This document shows, in pieces, positions 10,427 through 21,657 of a stretch of DNA of 64,000 bases. The translations under genes and the position numbers were made by a program. The number at the start of each line of letters is the position of its first letter. Positions within the stretch are counted from its first letter, which is position 1. Where the stretch lies: the NCBI GenBank assembly GCA_964230215.1, contig CAXRGQ010000007.1, positions 234,863 to 298,862 of the forward strand, read 5' to 3'. Source of the stretch: Flavobacteriales bacterium. Lineage in GTDB: Bacteria > Bacteroidota > Bacteroidia > Flavobacteriales_D > JAUILH01. The notes beneath the pieces were generated by a model. It saw only the letters and a program-made list of their open reading frames with translations, was not told where the DNA came from and ran no database searches.

Positions 10427-11622
10427 CCAAGCGATTAAACCATATAATTATGCAAACTGATCCTCTTACTAAGGAAGAAATACAGGCTTATTTAGATGGC
10501 AATTTAAGCCCCGAAGAAATGCATAAAATTGAACTTAAAATGGCATCCGACCAAATGAACGATGATGCCATGGAAGGCTTTAGCCAAACATCTGGAGCTC
10601 TTGTGGGCTATGCTGCTATTGAAAATAATTTTCAGAACTTCCATGGGGCACATGCTACGGGTTCTAGTAGCGCGGGTAGTGCGTTTGGAACTAGTATGAT
10701 TGTTTCGTTCAGCATTGCAATTGTCACAGCATTAGGTTTAAGTATTGCAAATGAATCCTACAATTCAATTGAGCATGATGACCGTAGAAACAATTTGCAG
10801 GCACAAGTGGAAATCAATCAAGCTGAAGATAAAATAGATGAATCTGTATATGAATCAGTTAAAGAAGAGGACATTGTTGAAGCAGAGATTGAGGCTGAAC
10901 TCGCTGATGTAAAACCTACGATTGAAAACAATCAAATCACATCAGAAATTGCCATGGCCATTCAGCAAGAGGCCGAGCACCCCATAGATGATAAAAGCAA
11001 TGAAACCGAGGAAGAGGAATCTTTTAAAGTTGAACCAATTACAATTGAATCACCACGAACGATTACAACGCTTCCTACAAAAAGCATAGCAAAATCAAAT
11101 GTTTCAGCTATATTCCTCCACAATCTCAAAGTGGTTGATGTATCATCATTGTACGCCAATAAAATTAGAGTGCGTAATATGAATGATGTTTCTGGAACGC
11201 GTGTATACAACTCAGATAGAGCAGCCATTAGAGATAATTCAGCCATTGTAGCTGGCCCGTATATCTACGTTGATTATTTGGAATATATCGATGATGCAAT
11301 GCGTGACTTTGAGAACAACAAATTCAAACAGGCCTTAAAGTCATACAGAGTCATACTGGAGCATTATCCTGATGACATAAACGCCTTTTTTTACGGAGCC
11401 CTGTGTTACTACAACTTAGGAAAATCTGAAAAGGCCATTGTATATCTTGAAAGAGTAAAACTAAGTCAGATTAATACATTTGATTTGGAGGCGGACTTTT
11501 ACATAGCAAAAAGTTTAGCGCAAGCTGGTAAAACGGATGAGGCAAAGGCTGCTTTCTTAAAAATTGAAAAAGAAGGTGAATTTTACGCAAAACGTGCACG
11601 CGAAGAACGTTTAAAGCTGTAA
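10423..11622 (+). CDS. Putative anti-sigma factor with TM helix and C-terminal TPR repeats
   Basis: Overlaps the sigma gene; N-terminal AYLDGNLSPEE..KIE ASD-like segment, one TM helix, TPR-like C-terminus. Confidence 0.7.
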   Translation: MTKRLNHIIMQTDPLTKEEIQAYLDGNLSPEEMHKIELKMASDQMNDDAMEGFSQTSGALVGYAAIENNFQNFHGAHATGSSSAGSAFGTSMIVSFSIAIVTALGLSIANESYNSIEHDDRRNNLQAQVEINQAEDKIDESVYESVKEEDIVEAEIEAELADVKPTIENNQITSEIAMAIQQEAEHPIDDKSNETEEEESFKVEPITIESPRTITTLPTKSIAKSNVSAIFLHNLKVVDVSSLYANKIRVRNMNDVSGTRVYNSDRAAIRDNSAIVAGPYIYVDYLEYIDDAMRDFENNKFKQALKSYRVILEHYPDDINAFFYGALCYYNLGKSEKAIVYLERVKLSQINTFDLEADFYIAKSLAQAGKTDEAKAAFLKIEKEGEFYAKRAREERLKL

Positions 11623-11645
11623 GAGAACTTTGCTATCTTTACATT

Positions 11646-12683
11646 ATGAAGCCGATTTTAAGTGGTTTACTAATGTTAGCGTCTCTAATATGTACGGCGC
11701 AGTTCGGTGTTTTTGAGCAATACGGAACAATTGAAACTATCGCAGGAACTGGATTAGTCACAAAAAAAGGTGAGAATAACTGGAAGCGATCATACGAGAG
11801 AAAAAAGGCCACAACCGTCGAATTATCACGGCCACATATGGCTATGGCAGATGACGAAGGTAACGTGTTCATCGCCGATAAAGATGCTCATGCCATACGC
11901 ATAATTGATGCTAAAACAGGAAAAATTGAAACATGCGCTGGTACAAATGAAGCAGGTGATGGTAAGGACCATATTGCCGCTGATAAATGTGCTTTAAATG
12001 AACCCAATGGTTTATTTGTTCACCCAGACGGCACATATCACATCCTCGATTTGGGCAATTCCAAAATACGTTATGTAAATAAGAAGGGGATAATAAGTAC
12101 GGTTGTTCATGATCAAGGCGGAATAAATTTTGGCAGAGGTTTATGGGTTTCCTCTAAACACGATACTATTATCTATTCATCTGGAACCGAATTAAAGATT
12201 TGGGTTGAAGGGTCCGGAACAAGGGTATATGCCGACGGTTTTTTTCAATTGGGTAATATTGCTCGCGACCATAAGGGCAATCTAATTATTACAGATCGTG
12301 GAGCCGGAAAAGTGTTTAGACTGAATAATAAAACAGGAAAGGTGGATCACATTGCTGGCAATGGTCTGAGTGATGATAATCGCGGTGCAAAAAATAACCC
12401 AAAAAAAATAAGTCTGGAAGGAGTTAGGGCGGTCTGTCCCAGCAAAGATAATGGATTGTTTATTGCTTGTCACGAAAGTCATGATATTTGGTACATGTCT
12501 AGTTCTGGTAAAATCAAGAAATTCATCAATGGATCAAAAGATACCCATGAAGGAGACGGTGAATTATTTTCAGAGGGTAAAAAAGTCTCAGAGGTTAGGA
12601 GCTTATCTATAATGAAAAACGGGAACTTGCTTATCTGTGAGCATGACGGAGGCTACATAAGAGTAGTAAACTTTATACCTTAG
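11646..12683 (+). CDS. Secreted NHL-repeat beta-propeller protein
   Basis: Signal peptide; repeated IAGTG/IAGNG, FIAD...IR and LNEPNGL motifs. Confidence 0.75.
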   Translation: MKPILSGLLMLASLICTAQFGVFEQYGTIETIAGTGLVTKKGENNWKRSYERKKATTVELSRPHMAMADDEGNVFIADKDAHAIRIIDAKTGKIETCAGTNEAGDGKDHIAADKCALNEPNGLFVHPDGTYHILDLGNSKIRYVNKKGIISTVVHDQGGINFGRGLWVSSKHDTIIYSSGTELKIWVEGSGTRVYADGFFQLGNIARDHKGNLIITDRGAGKVFRLNNKTGKVDHIAGNGLSDDNRGAKNNPKKISLEGVRAVCPSKDNGLFIACHESHDIWYMSSSGKIKKFINGSKDTHEGDGELFSEGKKVSEVRSLSIMKNGNLLICEHDGGYIRVVNFIP

Positions 12684-12780
12684 GACTAGTATATATGGAG
12701 ACTCACTCTCCTTAAAACACGCTTAGTCTAAATTCCATTTAAATTTGAACAGAAGGGTTTTGCGTTTGTTTCCTATTATA

Positions 12781-12788
12781 TACTTTTG
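12781..12788 (+). promoter_or_regulatory. Bacteroidota sigma70 -7 element (TAnnTTTG)
   Basis: TACTTTTG about 40 bp before ATG 12826, with TTTG motifs upstream. Confidence 0.55.
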
Positions 12789-12825
12789 TATATTCTAAAC
12801 TTTGTTTAACAACAACTTAACGCTT

Positions 12826-15666
12826 ATGAAAAGAATTTTTACTACAATTTTGGCTTTTGGCCTAGCGATGAGCGCCAGTGCGCAAGTCCTAGTTCAAGAG
12901 AACTTTGACGCAGGAATTCCAGGAACATGGACCGTCGTCGACAACTTAACAGATGGGGCTACTTGGGGTAGCAACTCATCAAGACCTTTAGATGGCACGC
13001 CTACTGCAATTGTTGATTCAGATGCAGACGGAAACGGGATACACATGATTGAAGAGCTTATAACACCAGCTTTTGATGGTACAGGCTACTCGCAAGTTAT
13101 TCTTGAATTTGATCAATGGTATAATAACATAGGTTCTGACTACGCTAATGTAGATGTGTGGGATGGAGCTTCTTGGGTAAATGTATTAAATCAAACTGCT
13201 GATGTTGGTGGAAATATGGCGCCTGATCATCAAACAATTGATATTACGGCATACGCTAACCCAGCAATGCAAGTGCGATTCTTCTATGATGATAATAATT
13301 CATGGGCTTGGTATTGGTCAGTTGATAATGTTGAAATTAACGGTGTGAACTGTCCGTTAATCACCAATGTTACAGGCTCTAACATATCATTTGATCAAGC
13401 TGATATTAACTGGACAAGTTCTGCCACTAACGTTGATATTGAGTGGGGTGCGCCTGGATTCGCGCCTGGGACTGGAGCTGAAATCGGTTCTATAACAAAC
13501 ACGACTAATAATCCACATACAATCACAGGACTTACTCAGTCTACCACTTATGATGTATATGTGAGATCAAATTGCGGAGGACTATTCTCAGCTTGGGAAG
13601 GCTATACATTTACTACTCTAGCTCAATATGATGGATATATTACAGCGATTTCTGCACCTTCAGGGTCTTGCGGTTTAACTAATGCTGAAATGATTACCCT
13701 AGAATTAGCGAACGACGGTGGTGATACTATCTTCACGTTTGATGTTTGTTATACTTTTAATGCAGGAACTCCAGTGTGTGAAACTGTAAATGATACTATT
13801 TTACCAGGAGGAACCTACACGCATACATTTGCTTCCACAGAAGATCTATCTGCATTTGCGACATACACATTTGATGCGTCTATAACAGTTGCGGGTGATC
13901 TAAATACCGCAAATGATGTATTTACTGGGTACAGTGTTACGCATACTACTACAGTTTCATCATTCCCTTATTTAGAGGATTTTGAAGGTGGTCAAGGTGA
14001 TTGGACTATCAACAACTCAAACGGTGGAAACTGGGAATTTGGTACGCCATCTAATACGATTATTAACTCGGCTGAATCTGGAACAAATGCATTTGTTACT
14101 GGATTAAATGGAAATTATGTTGGGAACATGGACGATTTTGTTGAAAGTCCTTGTTTTGACTTCACATCTGCAACTGGGCAAGAAGTATTTGCCATGGATA
14201 TATGGTGGGAATCTGAAGACGGTTGGGATGGTGCTAATGTTACTTACTCTCTAGATGGTGGTCAATCATGGCAGCTATTAGGAAGTCTAGGTGGTGGTAT
14301 GCCAACAGACAACTGGTATAATGACAATGTTGTTGCCGGTCCTTCAGGTTTCGGAGACACTTGGGCTGGAAGAAACGGAAACGGATCTGATGGCTGGGTG
14401 CAATCTAAATGGGATCTGGACTCAGCTACATTTGTTGGTAATTTCGTTAAATTCCGTGTTAATTTTGGATCAGATGGAATTATCAATGATGAAGGATTTG
14501 CCTTTGATAACGTTGCTATTGCTTACCCGATAGTCGCAGATATTTATCCAGATTCTATGAACATTTGTGATACATCTTTCGCAACTAACTTATCTTCTCT
14601 AGGTATATATGATGACGCCATTTGGTCTGATGGACAAACAGGTTTAGATGTTGAAATTGACAACTCTGGAACATATGATGTAATTGCATATGATATATAT
14701 GGAATGTGTGTTATGGACACTTTCATATTAGAATTAAATGAAAATTTCATCGCACCTGATCTAGGTCCTGACAGAGTTCTTTGTTTTGGAAATACTGAGA
14801 CTCTAGATGCTGGATGGGATTCTGGAAATTTATATTCTTATGTATGGAATGATGCTTCTACCGACACTACATTAATGATTAATGCAGGTGGTATTTATGC
14901 GGTAACTAAATCGGATACGGCAGGGTGTGTGGCAACAGACAGTGTAACTATCACAATGCCAGCGCCAGCTCAATTAGGCCCAAATACACAAGGTTTCTGT
15001 GCTGGTGATTCAATCACACTTGATCCTGGGGTAACTAACGCTCAATCCTACCAGTGGAGTACAGGCGCTAATACACAAACTATTACTGTTTCATCAGTAG
15101 GTGGATACTCAGTTGTTGTTATTGATAGTTTAGGATGTTCTACTATTGATGCTGTTAGTGTATTACAATCAACTCCAATGCCTGATTTAGGTAATGACCC
15201 AACAGTATTGTGTGTTAACACAAATACCACTCTAGATCCAGGTACGTTTGATGCATACTCTTGGAGTACTGGAGATAATACACAAACAATTCTGGTACAA
15301 GGAAGTGTATTTGGATTAGGTAACCATACCTTTACTGTAACGGTAGTAGATTCATTAGGATGTACTGCTCAATCGTCAGTAACTGTTCAGTTTGAAGAAT
15401 GTGTTGGAATTGATGAAGTAAGTCAAGCACAGCTTAACATTTATCCTAACCCGTCTACTGATGGTGTGTTCAATTACACAATTGAAGGACTAAGTGGAGA
15501 GTTTAACTTGTACGTTACAGATATTACTGGAAAGACTATTAGTAACCTTGACAACACAAACAATGTTGTTGGCGTAATTGATTTAAGCACATTCGAAAGA
15601 GGTGTTTACTTCTTGAACATTGTTGCTAACGGTGATAGAAAGACTGTACGTCTTATCAAGCAATAA
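12826..15666 (+). CDS. Large T9SS-secreted multidomain surface protein (adhesin-like, FN3, Ig/PKD-like repeats, type A CTD)
   Basis: Signal peptide; E.F..G.PGTW beta-sandwich domains, FN3 (GLTQSTTYDVYVR), Y.WSTG repeats, IYPNP...GVYFL...LIKQ CTD. Confidence 0.88.
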   Translation: MKRIFTTILAFGLAMSASAQVLVQENFDAGIPGTWTVVDNLTDGATWGSNSSRPLDGTPTAIVDSDADGNGIHMIEELITPAFDGTGYSQVILEFDQWYNNIGSDYANVDVWDGASWVNVLNQTADVGGNMAPDHQTIDITAYANPAMQVRFFYDDNNSWAWYWSVDNVEINGVNCPLITNVTGSNISFDQADINWTSSATNVDIEWGAPGFAPGTGAEIGSITNTTNNPHTITGLTQSTTYDVYVRSNCGGLFSAWEGYTFTTLAQYDGYITAISAPSGSCGLTNAEMITLELANDGGDTIFTFDVCYTFNAGTPVCETVNDTILPGGTYTHTFASTEDLSAFATYTFDASITVAGDLNTANDVFTGYSVTHTTTVSSFPYLEDFEGGQGDWTINNSNGGNWEFGTPSNTIINSAESGTNAFVTGLNGNYVGNMDDFVESPCFDFTSATGQEVFAMDIWWESEDGWDGANVTYSLDGGQSWQLLGSLGGGMPTDNWYNDNVVAGPSGFGDTWAGRNGNGSDGWVQSKWDLDSATFVGNFVKFRVNFGSDGIINDEGFAFDNVAIAYPIVADIYPDSMNICDTSFATNLSSLGIYDDAIWSDGQTGLDVEIDNSGTYDVIAYDIYGMCVMDTFILELNENFIAPDLGPDRVLCFGNTETLDAGWDSGNLYSYVWNDASTDTTLMINAGGIYAVTKSDTAGCVATDSVTITMPAPAQLGPNTQGFCAGDSITLDPGVTNAQSYQWSTGANTQTITVSSVGGYSVVVIDSLGCSTIDAVSVLQSTPMPDLGNDPTVLCVNTNTTLDPGTFDAYSWSTGDNTQTILVQGSVFGLGNHTFTVTVVDSLGCTAQSSVTVQFEECVGIDEVSQAQLNIYPNPSTDGVFNYTIEGLSGEFNLYVTDITGKTISNLDNTNNVVGVIDLSTFERGVYFLNIVANGDRKTVRLIKQ

Positions 15667-15687
15667 TATTCTAATCATATTATAGTT

Positions 15688-15717
15688 AAGTGGCCGGTAT
15701 ATCCGGCCACTTTTTTT
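15688..15717 (+). terminator. Rho-independent terminator
   Basis: AAGTGGCCGG-TATAT-CCGGCCACTT followed by a T run. Confidence 0.9.
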
Positions 15718-15742
15718 ATATTCCAACTTTAATTACAGACAC

Positions 15743-16168
15743 ATGCCAGTATATCTACATCATCAAAACATAATTGTAAGAAAAGAAGCTTTAGAAAAGC
15801 ATTACGAGGGAGGTTTAAATAGCTTCCTAAAGAAGTATGAGGTAAAGCAGTCAAAAAACTTTAATGAACATGATCAAGAACTTGTCTCGATATCAAGTAT
15901 GTCTGAGGAATTCATCCCTATTTTAAATGACTTTGAGTTGATGGGCTTGCACTACGACGAAAAGAAAGATATATCGAAAGACTATGTAGTTCATTTGCGA
16001 GGAGAAGGGCTAAGCTGGGAAGCGCCTTGGTTAAAATATAACGCTGTATATGCATGGCATTCATCTCGTGATGAAAAAGAATTTGAACGCGTATTTTCTA
16101 TGTCGGCCAAAGAATTTGAAACTTTTGTTGATGAAGAATGTTCTAATGGTAGTTGGGCAATTTGGTAA
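15743..16168 (+). CDS. Hypothetical protein
   Basis: 141-aa ORF filling the gap between two terminators. Confidence 0.6.
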   Translation: MPVYLHHQNIIVRKEALEKHYEGGLNSFLKKYEVKQSKNFNEHDQELVSISSMSEEFIPILNDFELMGLHYDEKKDISKDYVVHLRGEGLSWEAPWLKYNAVYAWHSSRDEKEFERVFSMSAKEFETFVDEECSNGSWAIW

Positions 16169-16184
16169 GACATACATTTAGGAT

Positions 16185-16215
16185 ATAGAAGAGGGGCTTT
16201 TAGCCCCTCTTCTAT
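16185..16215. terminator. Bidirectional terminator hairpin
   Basis: ATAGAAGAGGGGCT-TTT-AGCCCCTCTTCTAT between convergent genes. Confidence 0.85.
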
Positions 16216-16235
16216 TATAATATGTTACCAGTCCA

Positions 16236-17498
16236 TTAAAGACCTAATAGAACTTCATAAGGGCTCTTAGAACCAAATATGAGTCTTTCAGGATTCTCTA
16301 ACATCTCTTTTACTGCCTTTAAGAAACTAACACTTTCTTTTCCATCAATAATTCTATGATCGTAAGAAAGCGCAACGTACATTATCGGTCTTATCTCCAC
16401 CTTTCCGTTGATCGCTACTGGACGCTCAACTATATTGTGCATTCCCAGTATAGCACTCTGCGGTGGATTAATAATTGGAGTACTAAGCATAGAACCAAAT
16501 ACCCCGCCATTGGTAATTGTAAATGTACCCCCTGCCATTTCATCTGGAGATATCTTGCCATCACGCGCCTTAATTGCAAGACGTTTAATTTCTGCCTCTA
16601 TCTCCGCTAATGACATCTGCTCTGCGTTTCTTACAACAGGCACCATCAAACCTTTTGGACTTGATACAGCAATACCAACATCTGCATAATTATGCATAAT
16701 CATTTCCTTGCCTTCAATTTGTGCATTTACGGCTGGATATAAATTAAGCGCCTCAGTGCAGGCTTTCGTAAAGAATGACATAAATCCAAGCCCCACTCCG
16801 TGGACCTCTTTAAATTTGTCTTTGTATTGTTTTCTCAAGTCCATAATTGGCTTCATGTCAACCTCATTAAATGTCGTTAACATGGCCATTTCGTTCTTAA
16901 CAGAAACCAATCTTTCAGCCACCTTACGTCTTAACATAGACATCTTTACGCGCTCAGTGTCTCTTGTACCGCCCCAACCACTTGCGTTAGAAGCGCTGAA
17001 CCCAGCTGCCATCGCTGCCACAACATCTTGTTTTGTGATTCTGCCATCTTTACCGGTCCCACTTACTTGATTTGCTGCAATTCCATTTTCATCCATGATT
17101 TTCTTTGCTGCAATAGATGGATGACCTGAAGCGTAAGAATCACTCTTTGTATCTTCCTTACTTGCAGGCATAGGATTAGGGGCTGGCGCAGCTTCTTCTT
17201 TCTTCGGGCTTTCTTCAGCAGCTGGTGCTGCACTAACCTTTGACTCAAAGCCTTCTGGTTTTGGCGCACTTGTGTCTATCAAACATACTACATCTCCTAC
17301 AGCAACCGTGTCACCATTTTCCGCTTTTAATGTAATTATACCCGATTCTTCCGCCGGTAATTCAAGCGTAGCTTTATCAGAATCAACCTCTGCGATTGTT
17401 TGGTCCTTCTCAACATAATCGCCGTCTTCAACTAACCATTCGGCTATTTCAACTTCTGATATCGATTCGCCCGGAGAAGGCACTTTCATTTCCAACAT
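16236..17498 (-). CDS. sucB: 2-oxoglutarate dehydrogenase E2 (dihydrolipoyllysine succinyltransferase)
   Basis: Lipoyl domain (DSDKAT), E3-binding [10 protein letters not shown], catalytic DHRIIDG. Confidence 0.97.
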   Translation of the reverse strand: MLEMKVPSPGESISEVEIAEWLVEDGDYVEKDQTIAEVDSDKATLELPAEESGIITLKAENGDTVAVGDVVCLIDTSAPKPEGFESKVSAAPAAEESPKKEEAAPAPNPMPASKEDTKSDSYASGHPSIAAKKIMDENGIAANQVSGTGKDGRITKQDVVAAMAAGFSASNASGWGGTRDTERVKMSMLRRKVAERLVSVKNEMAMLTTFNEVDMKPIMDLRKQYKDKFKEVHGVGLGFMSFFTKACTEALNLYPAVNAQIEGKEMIMHNYADVGIAVSSPKGLMVPVVRNAEQMSLAEIEAEIKRLAIKARDGKISPDEMAGGTFTITNGGVFGSMLSTPIINPPQSAILGMHNIVERPVAINGKVEIRPIMYVALSYDHRIIDGKESVSFLKAVKEMLENPERLIFGSKSPYEVLLGL

Positions 17499-17513
17499 AG
17501 TCTATGTATTTAT

Positions 17514-20240
17514 TTATTTTGTTGCCACTTTAGCGTAGCTCAATACTTGTTCAAATAATTTATTGTGTCTAATCTCGTACACCTTAGACGATCCTGCCGC
17601 TGGACTTCCACTAGCTGGTCTTGAAATCAAGTCTAATTGTACAGATTTAAACGATCTTAAGATGTAACCCCAAGCACCCATGTTTTCAGGCTCTTCTTGC
17701 AGCCAAACATGGTTTTTCGCATTTGGATAAGATGCAATAATGTTATCCAATTGAGTTTGTGGTAGGGGGTATAGTTGCTCTAATCGGACTAGGGCAATAT
17801 TATCTACCTCACCTGCAGCTTCCATTGCTTCTAAAGTATCATAGTATATTTTACCAGTACAGAACACGATCGAATCTACTGCCTTTCTATCCTTGATCTT
17901 TGGGTCGTCCATGACCTCTTGGAAACAACCTGATGCCATGTCCTCAAGAGTGGATACACATTTAGGGTATCTCAAAAGCTTTTTAGGACTGAATACAATT
18001 AATGGTTTTCTGAACTCCCACTTTAACTGTCTTCTAAGCGCATGGAAGAAATTGGCAGGCGTTGTAATATCACACACCACCATGTTATCTTCTGCACAAA
18101 GCTGTAAGTAGCGCTCCATACGACCACTTGAATGCTCAGACCCCATGCCTTCATATCCGTGCGGTAACAGCATTACCAAGCCATTCATTGAGCGCCATTT
18201 ATCTTCAGCACTACTCAAAAATTGGTCGATAATAATTTGAGCTCCATTGTTAAAGTCTCCGAACTGTGCTTCCCAAATAGTTAAACCATCAGGTCTTGCA
18301 AAGGCATACCCATAATCATAACCTAACACTCCGTATTCGGACAATAGTGAGTTGTATATCTGGAATTTTCCTTGTTTGTCACTTAATAAGTTCAGTGTTA
18401 CTACCTCCTCTTCAGTATCCTCTGTTTTAACAACCGCGTGTCTGTGTGAGAAAGTTCCTCGCTCAACATCCTGTCCTGATATTCTAATTGGATGACCTTC
18501 GTCAAGCAAAGTAGCATACGCCAAGGTCTCGGCCATCCCCCAATCTAGACTATTGTTTTCTATCATGGAAAGCCGGTCATTCATCAACTTCTCTATTTTT
18601 CTAAAGTACTTTTTACCCTCTGGTAAGGTGGCTACTTTTTTACCAAGCTCTTTAAGCTTTGCAACAGCAACACCCGTTTCTGGGCTTTTTTCGAAATCTT
18701 CATGAACAGATGTTCTCAAATGCTTCCACTCCTCTTCCAAGAAATTGGTGATTTTGGCTTTTTCAATCTGCTTAGCTTCTGATAGTCTGAGTTGTAATTC
18801 ATCATCAAACTCTTGCTTCATTTTAGCAGCTTGTGCTTCATCAATTTTGCCAGCGGCTATCAATTCATTGAAGTATAAGGTCCTAGGAGTAGGATGCTTT
18901 GAAATAATCTTATAGAGCTTTGGTTGTGTAAACTTTGGCTCATCACCTTCGTTATGTCCATACTTTCTGTAACACAGAAGGTCAATAAAGAAATCTTGAT
19001 TAAAACGTTGTCTATACTCCAATGCCATCTGCGAAACCTTAACTACAGCCTCAACATCATCACCGTTCACGTGGAATACTGGGCACAAAGTAGTTTTAGC
19101 AACATCCGTACAGTAGGTACTAGATCTTGCGTCTAAATAATTCGTTGTAAACCCAACCTGATTATTGATAACGATATGGATAGTACCTCCTGTTCTATAC
19201 CCATCTAATTGGGCCATCTGAACAACTTCATATACAATACCTTGACCAGCTACTGCTGCGTCACCATGCACTAGAATCGGTACGATTTGATCTTCTTTAT
19301 ATCCAAACTCATCAATCTTTGCTCGAGTAATTCCTTCAACTACTGGATTTACCGCCTCTAGATGTGAAGGGTTCGGCGCTAAAGTCATTTTTATTTGATG
19401 GCCACTATCTGATTTAACGTCACATGTAAATCCAAGGTGGTACTTAACATCACCATCAAACAAACTATCCTCATATTCTTTCCCTTCAAACTCAGAAAAT
19501 ATATTCGAATAAGTCTTATTAAAGATGTTAGCCAATACATTCAATCGACCTCTGTGTGCCATACCCATAACAAACTCTTGAACGCCATTAGTTGCAGCGT
19601 ACTCAATTAATCTGTCTAGGGCAGGAATCAAGGCTTCTGCTCCCTCAATTGAGAATCGCTTCTGCCCTACAAATTTCTTTTGCAAAAACTGTTCAAACAC
19701 CTCTGCCTGATTCAGCTTATGCATAATATGTTCTCTATCTGTGTCCGAAATCTTAGGTTGATTATCTAATTCAATCATGTTTCGGATATAGCTCAATTTT
19801 TCAGGATCACGCATGTAGTTGTACTCGATTCCGATACTACCGCAATACGTCTCTTTCAAATGGTCTACTATCTTGGATAATTTGGCCTTGCCTATTCCAA
19901 CTTCCTCTCCGGCAAAAAACTCCTCCTCTAGATCGGCCTCTGCCAAGCCAAAATTTTCCAAATCAAGTGTTGGCGAGTATTTTCTACGCTCTCGTACAGG
20001 GTTGGTTTTAGTAAATAAATGCCCTCTTGAACGATACGCATTTATAAGATTAATTACTTTAAACTCCTTGCCTGTGTTGCCGCTCATTGAGTCGGCCGAG
20101 TAGTCTGCATGTTGGAATTCGAATCCCTCAAAGAATTTCTGCCAACCGGCATCAACTGAGTTTGGATCCTTTTTGAATTGTTGATACAGCTCATCAAAAG
20201 CTGCTACGTCCCCATTACTGAGGTATGAAAACTTGTCCAT
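17514..20240 (-). CDS. sucA: 2-oxoglutarate dehydrogenase E1
   Basis: GMAHRGRLNVL, HGDAAVAGQG, WEAQFGDF and EHSSGR motifs. Confidence 0.97.
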   Translation of the reverse strand: MDKFSYLSNGDVAAFDELYQQFKKDPNSVDAGWQKFFEGFEFQHADYSADSMSGNTGKEFKVINLINAYRSRGHLFTKTNPVRERRKYSPTLDLENFGLAEADLEEEFFAGEEVGIGKAKLSKIVDHLKETYCGSIGIEYNYMRDPEKLSYIRNMIELDNQPKISDTDREHIMHKLNQAEVFEQFLQKKFVGQKRFSIEGAEALIPALDRLIEYAATNGVQEFVMGMAHRGRLNVLANIFNKTYSNIFSEFEGKEYEDSLFDGDVKYHLGFTCDVKSDSGHQIKMTLAPNPSHLEAVNPVVEGITRAKIDEFGYKEDQIVPILVHGDAAVAGQGIVYEVVQMAQLDGYRTGGTIHIVINNQVGFTTNYLDARSSTYCTDVAKTTLCPVFHVNGDDVEAVVKVSQMALEYRQRFNQDFFIDLLCYRKYGHNEGDEPKFTQPKLYKIISKHPTPRTLYFNELIAAGKIDEAQAAKMKQEFDDELQLRLSEAKQIEKAKITNFLEEEWKHLRTSVHEDFEKSPETGVAVAKLKELGKKVATLPEGKKYFRKIEKLMNDRLSMIENNSLDWGMAETLAYATLLDEGHPIRISGQDVERGTFSHRHAVVKTEDTEEEVVTLNLLSDKQGKFQIYNSLLSEYGVLGYDYGYAFARPDGLTIWEAQFGDFNNGAQIIIDQFLSSAEDKWRSMNGLVMLLPHGYEGMGSEHSSGRMERYLQLCAEDNMVVCDITTPANFFHALRRQLKWEFRKPLIVFSPKKLLRYPKCVSTLEDMASGCFQEVMDDPKIKDRKAVDSIVFCTGKIYYDTLEAMEAAGEVDNIALVRLEQLYPLPQTQLDNIIASYPNAKNHVWLQEEPENMGAWGYILRSFKSVQLDLISRPASGSPAAGSSKVYEIRHNKLFEQVLSYAKVATK

Positions 20241-20268
20241 AAATATTTAACACAATGTTATCTATACA

Positions 20269-20276
20269 CAAATCTA
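20269..20276 (-). promoter_or_regulatory. Bacteroidota -7 element upstream of sucA
   Basis: TAGATTTG on the minus strand about 30 bp upstream of the start. Confidence 0.5.
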
Positions 20277-20350
20277 ACAAATATTATCAGCCATACATAA
20301 TGAATTACCATAAGATATTCGATTGCGTTTATTTTATCTTATTCTTCCGA

Positions 20351-20701
20351 TTATGCGCTAAACTTTCTTCTTATCACAACCTTTTGAAGCTCACGTTTTA
20401 GAATCATTTCAGCGATAGCCATCGCTGGTTCATCACTTCCTAACAAATTAGAAATACGGCTTTCAGGCAAATCAATTCTGTACATTAAACTAAATAATCT
20501 ATCGGGTGCTTTGTCCAATAAAGCATCTACGGTATAGCTCAAATCTGCACATAACCGTTCAAAATAATCATCTCCCTGTTTAACTTCTCTGAGTTGTAAT
20601 TCAATCTGTCCAAAATCTTTTTCGATTTGATTCAAGGTATCTTCCAGCAACTCCTTGTCAGTGAAATGCCTTTTTTCTAGTCCAAATTCCTGTTCATTCA
20701 T
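20351..20701 (-). CDS. Conserved hypothetical protein
   Basis: LMYRIDLPE and RELQKVVIR resemble a small Bacteroidota family. Confidence 0.7.
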   Translation of the reverse strand: MNEQEFGLEKRHFTDKELLEDTLNQIEKDFGQIELQLREVKQGDDYFERLCADLSYTVDALLDKAPDRLFSLMYRIDLPESRISNLLGSDEPAMAIAEMILKRELQKVVIRRKFSA

Positions 20702-20713
20702 TATTTTAACGGC

Positions 20714-21550
20714 GTGAAATTAGCTTTTGCAATAATAACTCTAATTGGTCTGAATGCTTTGAGTGCGTGCAGCGAGAATTCAACAAAACGCGAGAAAGAG
20801 TTAACAGCTCAGCCAGTAATAACGGTGATTGGACATACCAGAAATTCGGACCCAAACGAGAACTACATCCCATCAAAAGTCCTACAAACACTCGAACAAA
20901 CAGAAGGAACCGTTATGATGCTAGGTGATCTTGCGTTTTATACCACAAAAGACTCTAAAGTCCTAGAGAAACTAAGTACATCCATAGACTTAAAACGAGA
21001 TGATGTGCTTTTTGCCCCCGGAAATCATGACATTACTGACAGGCAGGTACTAGCCAAGTACTTTACATCATCCTATCCACAATCGTATAGGAAAGATGAC
21101 GTGCTAATAATTGCTATGGATACAGAAATGAATGGTGGAAACATCATTAACGAACAGTTTGATAATCTGCAGAAAATCTTAACAGATAATTCAGATGCAA
21201 AAAATATAGTTATCGGCACTCACCAACTAATTTGGCTTCAAGATGATGGTTATTATGAGTCGATTGCTGATAGCTTAATAAATGGCTATGTTGGAGACTG
21301 CAGTTATTGCCTCCGAGAGAATAATTTTTATGAAGAAGTATTACCCATGATTGAGGCCTCTTGCCCTGAAGCAGATTTAATATTTGTTGCGGGAGATGTT
21401 GGACATAAGGTAACTCACTACATTACCAAATTTAATGATCGTATATCATTTATGGCAATTGGTAATAATGGAGAAAAAACAAATGTGATGCTTAAGTTTT
21501 ATAGAGATGATAATAGGCAGCTCACGTCTGAAGTTTCCGTTGACATTTAA
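20714..21550 (+). CDS. Metallophosphoesterase-fold lipoprotein
   Basis: LSAC lipobox; GD, PGNHD and H motifs of calcineurin-like phosphoesterases. Confidence 0.7.
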   Translation: MKLAFAIITLIGLNALSACSENSTKREKELTAQPVITVIGHTRNSDPNENYIPSKVLQTLEQTEGTVMMLGDLAFYTTKDSKVLEKLSTSIDLKRDDVLFAPGNHDITDRQVLAKYFTSSYPQSYRKDDVLIIAMDTEMNGGNIINEQFDNLQKILTDNSDAKNIVIGTHQLIWLQDDGYYESIADSLINGYVGDCSYCLRENNFYEEVLPMIEASCPEADLIFVAGDVGHKVTHYITKFNDRISFMAIGNNGEKTNVMLKFYRDDNRQLTSEVSVDI

Positions 21551-21657
21551 AGCCGAACGAAAATTTAACCGTTTGTACACATAAAATCAATGTTCTTCAC
21601 ATAAAAGCCAACTTATATCGATGAATTGCGTACATTGATAGACGAAAATCTATTATT

